Source of the DNA: Macrostomum lignano
Lineage: Eukaryota
DNA: 64,000 bases
Reading direction: 5' to 3'
Assembly: GCA_002269645.1 (NCBI GenBank)
Contig: NIVC01002026.1
Span: 147,380 to 211,379, forward strand
In this document: one piece after another, positions 35,531-46,720 of the stretch
Numbering within the stretch: position 1 is the stretch's first letter
Layout of the letters: each line of letters starts with the position of its first letter
Notes under the pieces: generated by a model
The model's database searches: none
What the model was told of the DNA's origin: nothing
Seen by the model: only the letters and a program-made list of their open reading frames with translations
Program-made: the position numbers and the translations under genes

Positions 35531-37924
35531 TACTGGTACTTTTTATAAAAAGTAAGTTCTGGTCCTGGATGGAATTCTTGCAGAAAAATCACAACGCGTT
35601 ATGCGATTGCACGAAAAAAATGCGATTTTGCGTCAAAAAATCCAGAAAAAATGCGTTGTAGAATTTCAGACAAAATTGCTAATGCTTAATATATGCAAAA
35701 GTGCGCTTGAGATATTGGATTTTGCAAAAGATAATCCTACTAGCTAAGATCACAAAGAAAAAAAGAATAAAAAGTAAAAACTAAATAAGGCACAAAAGTA
35801 AAAATTTGAAAAAATTCCATAAAAAGTAGAAACTTGTAACATTTGATCTCTAACATATGTATTTAAACGAAAATTCAAATCACTACATTTTCTTAGAATG
35901 CATTTTTTGTTATTGTCTTATGATTCTAACTCTTTAGAAGAATATATAGAGATAATTTTTGCCAAATAAGTGTCACAATGAGTAGAATACTTTAGATTCA
36001 AATGACTTACTTTGTTTGTGTGGGTCATTCTCATTTCTATCATTTTAGGCCTAATTATAGTATTGTATTATACTAGGCTTATTTACTTGGCAAGGCCACG
36101 AAGTAAGTGCTATTAGAAAGAATGGCGCAATGAGCAAAATTGCCATGGCCAACTTTAGGGACACAAGCAACAAGCCATAGGCAGCTGCAGCCAGCCCCTG
36201 CCAACTGGTAATGCAGATCTGCTGGATGGCACAAGGGACTGTGAGGTTCAAAATCAAATCACTGGACCCTAGTTAAACCAAATGTGCACAACAATAGCTC
36301 CTCTAACCCTTGCAGATGCACTATTCTGGGCAAATCTGCGCTAGCGTGCACATTTTGATAGGGCCTAGTAACCTAACTTAATTGGCTTGCCTATTGCTAT
36401 ATTGTTGTTGTTGTGCTATAGTTTTATATAGCAGCTATACTTTAATAGTAGTGTAAGTATAATTATGTACTGTTGATTTATTTAGAATTAATGATAATCC
36501 TCTGGCAGCCTTGGAAACACCAGTTAACAATTGTCAATTAGGTAAAGATGTTAAAGAAAGGATGTTTGTTTTAAAAGTTGCAATTGTTGCCTTGAAATAA
36601 CTCTAGACTATACTGTGAATAGAAAAAATGTTTATAGCCATCCAATATAAACTAATCTATATTACTTACTCACATTGGTCCCAGAAGGATTGTAGATTTT
36701 AGTTAATATAGGCCCTAGGCCTAATGAAGTAAAACGAAACTTTAAAAATTTTTTTTATAAAAAATTCAATTCACTCTCAATAAAAAAGTATATGTAGATT
36801 AGGCCTACAGCTCTTTTATTTTATGTTAGATAGTTTCATAAATATTAGCTAAAAATGCATGATTAATTGATTGTCATTGTCACAGTAGTCAGTCAGTGTC
36901 AGTGTCAGTCGAATTAGATTATTAGCTAGGCGGCTAGGCCCTAAAAATATAATTATAGCTGTCAGTAGGAACTGTAGAATTAGATAGGCCTAGGCCGATA
37001 AAACTGTCTGGTACTTTACTTTAAATTCATATGAATACTGGGGGTGGGTTTATGGTAGGCCTAAACAACTTCACTGATGGTCGGTCAACGCCTTTTCCGG
37101 TCAACGCCTGGCCTGATCGACTGACACTGACTGGCTCACTCGGTAGTAGTCAGTACGATAATTTTTAAAAACCCGTAATTTTAACGATGTAACAATACAT
37201 AAATTTCAAAAATAATGATAATACTCTTTACTCTAATACACTAACGACGGGTTTTGTCTGACAAAAATATTTTAATCATTTTATGCCCGATTGCACGTAA
37301 AATATCTTAATGTTTTAAAAAAGGCTCCATTCATCATCCTCCCTGCTTCATCGAGTCAGCAATTATGTGCAAGTCTCAATCTTAGATTATTTGAGATTAT
37401 AGCTACATGTACAGCAAGCCAATCTTATTTTTAGAAAACTAGTAGCATTAGTCTTCGACTGAAAGCAAATTATAAAATTCAGCCAACCTTCTGATTCGAA
37501 TCTGATTCAGACTGATAGGATTTGAACTCTTTAATTACTAGCTTTTGAGGTAGAAATTCAATCCAATAGTGAACTAGTGTAGGTACATGTACCTAGCACT
37601 GATCTTTTTGTTCCGATCCAGAGGTGCATATATATGTATATATCCTGAATTGCGTTGCGAAAAAGGAGAAAGCGCCAATATAAGTTCGATCATTAAAGTT
37701 TTCTCGTTTATTCGTCGCAAGCTGGCCATTAAGAATCATTATAGCGCGGTAATTATACTTTAAGGGCGCGTCGCCGAACCGGAGAGGGGACAGGGGACAT
37801 GTTCCCCCCCCCCCCCCCAGTAAAATATCTGGCGGGACATGCCAATGCTTTGTCCCCCTACAACACCTTGTGACCCGTTATGGAAATCAATAATTTTGCT
37901 GCAGGGCGACAAAACATACATGTA

Positions 37925-38810
37925 GCACCTGCGGCGCTATAAATGACTGCCTGCGGCGCCAAAATAATGACTGCCTGCTGCGGCGCTAAAATAAGTTCCT
38001 GTGGTTCTAAAAGAAGTGCCTGCGGCGGCCAAAATGACGGGGTAAATGAGTGCCTGGGGCGCTAAAATGAGTGCCTGGGGCGCTAAAATGAGTGTCTGGG
38101 GCGCTAAAATGAGTGTCTGGGGCGCTAAAATGAGTGTCTGCTGTTCTGTTGTAGCTACAAAAAAATCAATAAAACGAGCCTAGGGGCTGTTTACGCGGGT
38201 TTGTGCCAGACGTTCACTGTAAGAATAAAGAGCTAGAATATTCTTACTCCGCGCGCAGGGCGGAGGGGTTTTATTTTAGCATTAGAAAACTGGACCACAT
38301 CATAGTGTTCCCCAAAGTTCGCATAGTTGCTTCCAGTTATTTTTAGCCTCCCGCTATAAGTATGGGGTGGCCATGAAAGGCCGTTTAACTCCCCAGTTAG
38401 TCATTTTCAATACACAGCACCTGCGGCGCCAAAAAGAGTGCCTGCGGCAGCCAAAATAACTGCCTGCGGCGCCAAAAAGAGTGCCTGCGGCAGCCAAAAT
38501 GACTGCCTGCGGCGCCAAAAAGAGTGCCTGCGGCAGCCAAAATAACTGCCTGCGGCGCCAAAAAGAGTGCCTGCGGCAGCCAAAATGACTGCCTGCGGCG
38601 CTAAAATGAGTGCCTGCTGCGGCGCTAAAATAAGTGTCTGCGGCACCAAAATGAGTGCCTGCGTCGCTAAAATGAGTGCCTGCGTCGCTAAAATGAATGC
38701 CTGCGGCGCCAAAATGAGTGCCTGCGACGTTAAAATGAGTGCCTGCGGCGCTAAAATGAGTGCCTGCGGCGCTAAAATGAGTGCCTGCGGCGCTAAAATG
38801 AGTGCTGACA
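37925..38810. repeat. Two blocks of a 21-bp repeat (TGCCTGCGGCGCYAAAATGAG)n at about 37925-38135 and 38415-38805
   Basis: Direct inspection. The blocks may be the interior of a non-autonomous DNA element, but its ends are not resolved. Confidence 0.9.
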
Positions 38811-39431
38811 ACAGCGATTCTGAAAATAAGGACATGTAGGAGTTTAGTGATTTACATATACATGTAGAAATTCTTGGCTTTTTCCCTCACCATAAAATCC
38901 ATGGCGACGCCCCTGTTGGTCAAGTTATGAGCAGTCGACCAACATATAGCAACGTAGCTCAGAATCTAATCAGTCCTCATCATCAACATGGGGCAATTTG
39001 CATGAGTATCGAAAATCGATCATTGTAAATATATGTACATGCATGCATACTTAAATCTTAGTGCAATCTACGTACATGTATGCTGTAGTATTCCGGATCA
39101 AGGACTACTTAACGAAGTGACTTCAGTGGTCCTTGTTCGGAATGTGTATAAGAATGTATAAACGACTGACTGCAGTGGACCTGACCTCACAGATATTCAT
39201 GCATGCATTGATGTCCTATCTCATCAGTAAATTCTCTGAGAACCACTGTAGTTTTTAACAAAGAAATGAAATAGAAAATGCACATCATGACGTATTGCTG
39301 AACGTAATTAATTACCCATTTTATTCGATTTTTTTGTTTTAAATATTGATGGCTTAAGTAATTTTTCTGAAGCCCATGCAGTTCATGAGCGCGAGTCTAC
39401 ACATAGCGTGTCACTCAATTAGTTAGGATAT

Positions 39432-39659
39432 CTAGCTCCTGGTCTGACACAGGATGGAGAGCCGGGCGGTCCTGGGGTCAGACTGGTCCAGCAGACTCAT
39501 GGAGTCGCACAGCAGGCCGAGGCCCATCTGGATCACTTTGTCGAGATCTTGGCTCAGCTCGGCGGCGTTGCGAGCGCCACGCTGAGCGGCCATGACGGAG
39601 GGCGTCGAGCAGAGCAGCAGAGCGAGCAACAGCAGGGAGAGCGCGGCTGTGCGGATCAT
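39432..39659 (-). CDS. Small secreted protein/peptide precursor, 75 aa, single exon, family unknown
   Basis: Signal peptide MIRTAALSLLLLALLLCSTPSVMA, with a Cys-x19-Cys in the mature part. GC-rich island in AT-rich DNA. ACCGCC|ATG context, TATAAAG at 39702-39696, AATAAA at 39325-39320. Confidence 0.75.
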   Translation of the reverse strand: MIRTAALSLLLLALLLCSTPSVMAAQRGARNAAELSQDLDKVIQMGLGLLCDSMSLLDQSDPRTARLSILCQTRS

Positions 39660-39695
39660 GGCGGTGTAGTCAGCTTTTTAGAATTTCGAGTCCGG

Positions 39696-39702
39696 CTTTA
39701 TA
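39696..39702 (-). promoter_or_regulatory. TATA box of the small secreted peptide gene
   Basis: TATAAAG beginning 43 bp upstream of the ATG. Confidence 0.6.
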
Positions 39703-40329
39703 AGATTACTTGGAGATTGCTTTGGAGTCAGTTCGACTTCTTGCTCCTGGGATCTGCGCAGCTCGCTGACTATTTGTAGGATCTTCTGACCGGAAGCAAT
39801 CACGCAAAAATTGGTCTAAATTTTTTTGTTTGAATTGCCTTTCTTTACAGACAGCGTTCAGGTGCACGATTTTCAAGCCAGCAGTGATTTGCATTACAGT
39901 TTATTGCTAGCTTTTTTAGTCGTTTTTAGGCACACACACGTTGAATTGCCACGTCAGATTTTGCCAATTTTTTCGAGCAGGTCTAAATTAGTGACATGGT
40001 CTACTAGCAGTCCGTGTTTTTTAATGTCGCAACAATGCTGACTTGCAACTTGTAGAATAGATTTAGGGGTACTCTAGAAACCTTATGGTACATGTAAATT
40101 GACATGATGGCTGTGGAAATTATGTTAATGTAAGCTACGTGTAGGACAAGGATTAGCCATGTTTACCACGGAGCAGACTTATTTTGACAGCTACAGTACA
40201 CGTACCCACCAATTAAAGACGCCCAACAAGAGACAGGGGTGCCCACCTAGAGAGGGCACTCACAAAAAGACAGGGACCCCAACCATGAGACCGAAGCATC
40301 CACTATAATACAGGGGCCCCAACCAAGAG

Positions 40330-42375
40330 ACAGAGGCGCCCACCAATAGACAGGGGCACTCACCAATAGACAGGGGCACTCACCAATAGACAGGGGCACT
40401 CACCAATAGACAGGGGCACTCACCAATAGACAGGGGCACTCACCAATAGACAGGGGCACTCACCAATAGACAGGGGCACTAACCAATAGACAGGGGCACT
40501 CACCAATAGACAGGGGCACTCACCAATAGACAGGGGCGCTCACCAATAAGACAGGGGCGCCCACCAAGAGACAGGGGCGCCCACCAAGAGACAGGGGCGG
40601 CAACCAAGAGACAGGGGCGCCCACCAAGAGACAGGGGCGCCCACCAAGAGACAGGGGCACCCACCAAGAGACAGGGGCGCCCACCAAGAGACAGGGGCGC
40701 CCACCAAGAGACAGGGGCGGCAACCAAGAGACAGGGGCGCCCACCAAGAGACAGGGGCGGCAACCAAGAGACAGGGGCGCCCACCAAGAGACAGGGGCGG
40801 CAACCAAGAGACAGGGGCGCCCACCAAGAGACAGGGGCGGCAACCAAGAGACAGGGGCGCCCACCAAGAGACAGGGGCGGCAACCAAGAGACAGGGGCGC
40901 CCACCAAGAGACAGGGGCGGCAACCAAGAGACAGGGGCGCCCACCAAGAGACAGGGGCGCCCACCAAGAGACAGGGGCGGCAACCAAGAGACAGGGGCGG
41001 CAACCAAGAGACAGGGCACTGACCAACAAGAGACAGAGGCGCCCACAAAGAGACAGGGGCGGCAACCAAGAGACAGGGGCACCAACCAAGAGACAGGGGC
41101 GCCCACCAATAGACAGGGGCACTCACCAATAGACAGGGGCACTCACCAATAGACAGGGGCACTCACCAATAGACAGGGGCACTAACCAATAGACAGGGGC
41201 ACTCACCAATAGACAGGGGCACTCACCAATAGACAGGGGCACTCACCAATAGACAGGGGCACTCACCAATAGACAGGGGCACTCACCAATAGACAGGGGC
41301 ACTCACCAATAGACAGGGGCACTCACCAATAGACAGGGGCACTCACCAATAGACAGGGGCGCTCACCAATAAGACAGGGGCGCCCACCAAGAGACAGGGG
41401 CGCCCACCAAGAGACAGGGGCGGCAACCAAGAGACAGGGGCGCCCACCAAGAGACAGGGGCGCCCACCAAGAGACAGGGGCACCCACCAAGAGACAGGGG
41501 CGCCCACCAAGAGACAGGGGCGCCCACCAAGAGACAGGGGCGGCAACCAAGAGACAGGGGCGCCCACCAAGAGACAGGGGCGGCAACCAAGAGACAGGGG
41601 CGCCCACCAAGAGACAGGGGCGGCAACCAAGAGACAGGGGCGCCCACCAAGAGACAGGGGCGCCCACCAAGAGACAGGGGCGGCAACCAAGAGACAGGGG
41701 CGGCAACCAAGAGACAGGGCACTGACCAACAAGAGACAGAGGCGCCCACAAAGAGACAGGGGCGGCAACCAAGAGACAGGGGCACCAACCAAGAGACAGG
41801 GGCGGCAACCAAGAGACAGGGGCGGCAACCAAGAGACAGGGGCGGCAACCAAGAGACAGGGGCGGCAACCAAGAGACAGGGGCGGCAACCAAGAGACAGG
41901 GGCACTGACCAACCAAGAGACAGGGGCACTGACCAACAAGAGACAGGGGCGGCAACCAAGAGACAGGGGCGGCAACCAAGAGACAGGGCACTGACCAACA
42001 AGAGACAGAGGCGCCCACAAAGAGACAGGGGCGGCAACCAAGAGACAGGGGCACCAACCAAGAGACAGGGGCGGCAACCAAGAGACAGGGGCGGCAACCA
42101 AGAGACAGGGGCGGCAACCAAGAGACAGGGGCACTGACCAACCAAGAGACAGGGGCACTGACCAACAAGAGACAGGGGCGGCAACCAAGAGACAGAGGCG
42201 CCCACCAAGAGACAGGGGCGGCAACCAAGAGACAGGGCACTGACCAACAAGAGACAGAGGCGCCCACAAAGAGACAGGGGCGGCAACCAAGAGACAGGGG
42301 CGGCAACCAAGAGACAGGGGCGGCAACCAAGAGACAGGGGCACTGACCAACAAGAGACAGGGGCGCCCACCAATA
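40330..42375. repeat. 20-bp minisatellite (AGACAGGGGCGCCCACCAAG)n, about 100 units, with an internal block duplication of about 820 bp
   Basis: Direct inspection. The rare AATAAG variant recurs at about 40545 and 41368. It explains six repetitive ORFs. Confidence 0.97.
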
Positions 42376-42571
42376 GACACCCACTAAAAGGGGGCTCAAA
42401 AGACCTAAATGTTATTACATCGCCTAGAGCATATTCTTTGGAAACGATCATGTAAATTTAAGTCGTATAAAAAGTCTCGTTTTTAATTTTGCCCATAAGA
42501 GCACCTTTAAGAGGTTCATACATCCACCATCACCCATGATTTGAAGAGGATTTCCGATTGCCTGGACTCTG

Positions 42572-42910
42572 TGTCACAATGATGAAGTGCCAATGAAGTG
42601 TTAAGTGTCACGCAGCCTCACGGTCAGACGACCGACATCGCCTGTCGTACCTCATCGCGCTCAACTGTTTGCGGGCGACTCCGAAGCACCTCACGCAGAG
42701 TGGCTGGGATCCAGTATAATCAAAATCACCGGACCTGCTTGTTGATCCCCTGCTCATATCTCCTGAAGGCTCTGACCGTTCTTCATCAGCGCTATCTGTC
42801 AACAATTTACCTCAGTTCAGGTGCTAAAGTGATTGATTTATTCACTATTCACTCTGACGCTCAATAAAGCTTGATTCGATCAAAGGCTTTAGGAGAGGCC
42901 GAAACCTTCA
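42572..42910 (+). repeat. About 340-bp interspersed element, solo-LTR-like or pseudo-LTR-like; copies at 51591-51930 and internally deleted at 60210-60366
   Basis: TGTCAC...CCTTCA ends, AATAAA, and a terminal hairpin followed by GGCCGAAAC. The flanks ACTCT/ACTCT fit a TSD only with non-canonical ends. Confidence 0.4.
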
Positions 42911-43473
42911 TACTCTTTTGATACATGTGATGCACTGTAGATGTATTGTGTTTATGTCTGTGTTTATATGCATGCAATGTAATCTCCCCCCCCCCCCTAC
43001 TAAGTTCATCTTGACTGTGCATGGCTGCTCAGTCTACTATCTACCTCTGTATTATATACTTGATATTATAGAGAGACAAATGCTTTTTCAGCATATAGCG
43101 TACATGTTATAATCAAAAATGGGCTTAAGATTATGAGTTTCACGACCAAGCTATGAATAAATACATGTTTAATAGTAAGTAGAAAAGCTTAAGTAACAAA
43201 TGAAAAAATATGATTATGACGTGGCTAGTGATAGTGCATGCAACAAAAAAAACTGTAGAAAACTGGCTTAATTATATTGCGAAACTCTTGAAGGTAAAAA
43301 CACAGCAAACATAAGCACAGTAATACGAGTATAACAGGTAAACTGCGTGAATATCATAATCCATCAAAAACGAAACTAAAACCAAAACTAATACAAGATA
43401 TGACATAGCATTGATGAAACAGTAAAATCTGCCTTTAAGGAATAAAGTTTTAATAATTATTTAGTCATTAATT

Positions 43474-43698
43474 ACACCGCAGCTATTGAGCGGCGCATCT
43501 GACGGCTGCGTACGGCTGTTCAGTCCATCGCCTGGGGGGGGGGGGGCGTTGCCACCTCCACCCTCAATTACCGGCCCCAGCTAATGCTGGCACCCATTTT
43601 ACAGCTGGGTGACCTGATGCAATGCATAGTTGTTAAGTGACACAAATTGTTCCAGTGCAGGATCCTGAATCGAACCCCTAACCTTCAAGTCGTGAGTC
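43474..43698 (-). mobile_element. SINE copy, 5'-truncated (paralogous copies at 52293-52519 and 60921-61143)
   Basis: B-box GGTTCGATTC and the shared CACCCAGCTGTAAAATGGG core. Confidence 0.8.
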
Positions 43699-44500
43699 AA
43701 GTCAATGCGTTTGTCACCAAGAAATTTTCCAGCGATGCGAGACCCAGGCAACCGGAGATAGATTCTTGGGACGCTCTGTTGGTTCTCCCTTTTTTTGGCA
43801 ACGCTTCGCTTGACTTCAGGAAAAAACTTGAGAAAACGTTTAGCAAATGGCTTAAGTGCACCGTTAGGATTGTGTTTCGCACCGAAAAGATCGGTCGCTA
43901 TGCTAGCAGGCTCAAGTCAGCTGTTCCACTTGCTCTAAGGGCTGGTGTTGTTTACCAATTTCGCTGCTCTGAGGATCAGAGCGTTTCCTATATTGGAAAA
44001 ACGAAGCGACACCTGCACACTAGAGCTAGGGAACATTGGCTAAAAAGCTCTGCGATTAATGACCATCTGCTTGTTTGTAAAAAATGCTGTGATGGTGAAC
44101 CGATTCAGCTCTTTAAAGTGTTGGATGGGTGCAAATTTGACCATAAGCTTAAGATTATCGAAGCTTCGTATATCAGAATGCACAAACCCAACCTGAATGT
44201 GCAGCTTTCTGGCAATGGGGTGGAGCGTGAGCTAAGAGTACTGTGAGCAGAGCCGTGCCTATTTATTATTTTTTTCTCTCACTTTGTTGTGTACTTGGCA
44301 CTTTCTAAATTCTACCGGACTGATTTGACCCGCCTCTGGATTGTACAGTGATTTTTGCTTAAATATATTGGTGGTATGATCTTAGGTTGAGTGAATTTGC
44401 CCTGACGACGTCTAGTGTTTGATGAAACGCGTTGGCTAGAATTAAACAAAGTTTACTTTTTATGTTTGTGTTGACGTTTATTTTCTTACTATTTGTTCGA
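43699..44500 (+). mobile_element. Penelope-like element, 5'-truncated (linker + GIY-YIG endonuclease + 3' pseudo-LTR region); present in copy A only
   Basis: GVVYQFRC....YIGKTKRHLHTRAREH...SAINDH...LKIIEASYIRMHKPNLN matches the Penelope GIY-YIG domain. The segment is absent at the equivalent position in copies B and C. Confidence 0.9.
44392..44443 (+). ncRNA. Minimal type-I hammerhead ribozyme-like motif of the Penelope element
   Basis: Stem I GCC/GGC; core CUGACGA plus an extra C; stem II GUC/GAU; GAAA; palindromic stem III ACGCGU; predicted cleavage after GUU at 44433. Confidence 0.6.
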
Positions 44501-44519
44501 CGAGCTACACTTCCACATA

Positions 44520-46066
44520 CTATAACAAACTGCCACCCAGCCTGAAGTTTGTCACAATTTTTGCCATCTCTGTCAGGTTGGCAAAATACTCCGGTGTGTG
44601 AGTGATACCCCAGCTCGTCCCGCTCTTTCGCATGTCGTGAATGGCGTACACAGGCGGTGACGAGTCCGTAACCGCGTTGAATTTAGTCATGTCTGAGCAC
44701 AGCTGCGTCAGGTTCTTCACCTTCCGAAGAAAGTACATTCTGGGGTCAATCCACCGAGCCAATTTGCTGCAACTTTTGCCTAGCTTCAAAATTCGATAGT
44801 CCTTAAAATGTTTCGACACACCGTCCAGAGAGTTGTTCTCGTACGGGTAGAAGCTGAACGAAGGCGGAACGTACACCCCTGCGAGTGGGTTGTTTGTCAG
44901 CGGGTAACGGATCTGGTACTGCTCCAAAGTGATCGTCAGACCTTCAGGTCCGGCAAAGGCGAGTATGTCTTCGCTAATCTTTCTCTTTGACAGCTGCTTG
45001 AGCACAAATCTGAAGAAAATGTGTCCAGGCGCAGACATGAGGAAGGCCGGACTGGCCGCAGGTCTTATCGGCCAGTGAGGCCCGAACAGTTGCAGCGAGT
45101 GCGTCTCTGGCTCGCGAGTGACCACCGCGTAGAAGCGACGAAACTCGTCCAGACTTCGCACCAGCTTGTAGTCCAGGTCCGCGTACACGCCGCCGAACTG
45201 TCACGATTTGAATTAGGATTTTTTCATGGCCATTGCACGAATGCAAATTCACAGCAAAGTAATTCGACATATGCAATTTGTTATGGTAGGTGTAGCAACG
45301 CACGACAACCAGGCGCATGTAGGTCTGTCCCACATACATTTACAGTGTATAAGTAGTGATACATGGGTAAATATTTATTGCCGTTCATCGGCCATGACGA
45401 GGAAGCAAAAAGGCATTATGACTGACTTAATTCCTGTGTGTAAGGTGTGAACATGACGTGAATAGTTTTAGACGATCCACCTCTGATTGAAGTTTAGCAG
45501 AATTCAGTAAACTGAATATGTATGTACTCGAGGATCTGCATCTTCGAAGGAGAAAACAGATTTTTAAATTAGTTTTGCAGCGATTTTTGACATACCTTGA
45601 GCAGTAGCATGTAGCGAATCATATCGATCCGCATGATTTTCAGCTTCAGCGACCTGAACTTGTCCAGTAGTTCAGGGAAGTTCGCGGCCACGAATGGCTC
45701 CAGGTCCTGGTCGCGCCACAGCACGTAGGTCCAGTCGGGATGAATTCTCTGCCAAGATTTTACTTGCTGAGCGAAGTAGTCGGATATGAACTCATTGCGC
45801 CAGAGAATGTGCCGAATTTTCGGTATCGGGAGAGTGTCGCTTGCGCTCATGTGATTTTCATAATGTCGCCTGCAGCTCTCGTTTGCACAGACAGTCGGTA
45901 AGAAAGTGGGCAGCGCGGACGGAAACATGTCAGTAGTTTGTTCGAGAATCACACCGTCGATACTTAAATCTTCAAACAGTGACGCCATTAGAGAAAGGCC
46001 TGCGTAGCCAAGCATCAGGAGGCAAGTCACGAAAATTATTTTTCTTAGCTTGCCTCGGAATAGCAT
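44520..46066 (-). CDS. GT32-family (DXD sugar-binding, OCH1/SUR1-like) glycosyltransferase, copy A, 382 aa, 2 exons
   Basis: Exons 46066-45596 and 45197-44520. N-terminal TM anchor; IPKIRHILW, SWQRIHPDW.Y.LW.D, RIDMIRY.LL K|FGGVYADLD; C-terminal AIH...SW. Confidence 0.9.
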
Positions 46067-46310
46067 TTTAAATGATGGTAAAGCGGACTATCCTTAGTCC
46101 GCGATGCTTTTGCTCGTACGTTTGTGATTCAACGCGAAGTTAAGTGGTCGAACCAAGTATTTCAAATGACTTTCGTCTACGTCCACAAAGGAAAAGAGGC
46201 ATCTTTGCTCTCGAAAAATAATTTTAGCTGAAGTCTGTGGCGGCTAGAGACAACCGCATCTTTTGTCTATGGCCACTTCTAATTTGTACGCCTCTCGTAC
46301 AAATCTCGTA

Positions 46311-46492
46311 CTAGCCTTTATGTACATAACACTGGCCTGTTCACACGCGCTCCTTCGAATAAACTTTTTCTTGACCACATCATGGAGCTGAGATCCGCAG
46401 CTTTCATTTGAATCAAGTTACAATTGAAACGGACTGAAATTATGTCCGCTAGAAGACATCGTAGCAAGGGTTCCGGAACTTTTGATGGACAG
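46311..46492. mobile_element. Right-arm remnant of the long-TIR MITE seen intact at 54525-55112
   Basis: Near-identical to 54931-55112. The left arm and spacer are missing. Confidence 0.85.
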
Positions 46493-46720
46493 TTTAGTTG
46501 CTTATGTGGCTACATAGTACGCGTATAGGTACATTTAATTACGACTTTTTTGCACAACCTGCCCTGAGTCCAGATAAATCAAAGTCATCCCCACAAAGAA
46601 ATAAAGGTTATCTTTGTAGCGACATGCGACTTGTGATTTTTGATAGAGGCGTTGGGAAGCAGTGAGAGCAGAAATATGTGCGAAAACTGCTAAAATCATT
46701 GCGACCAATGGCTTCCCGTG

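Noticed and set aside
37762-38915. hAT-like non-autonomous element with CAGGGGCGTCGCC-like ends enclosing the 21-bp repeats
   Set aside because: The left end is imperfect (AAGGGCGCGTCGCC) and there is no 8-bp TSD, so it is not supportable.
40500-42451. Six 200-362 aa ORFs
   Set aside because: Translations of the 20-bp minisatellite.
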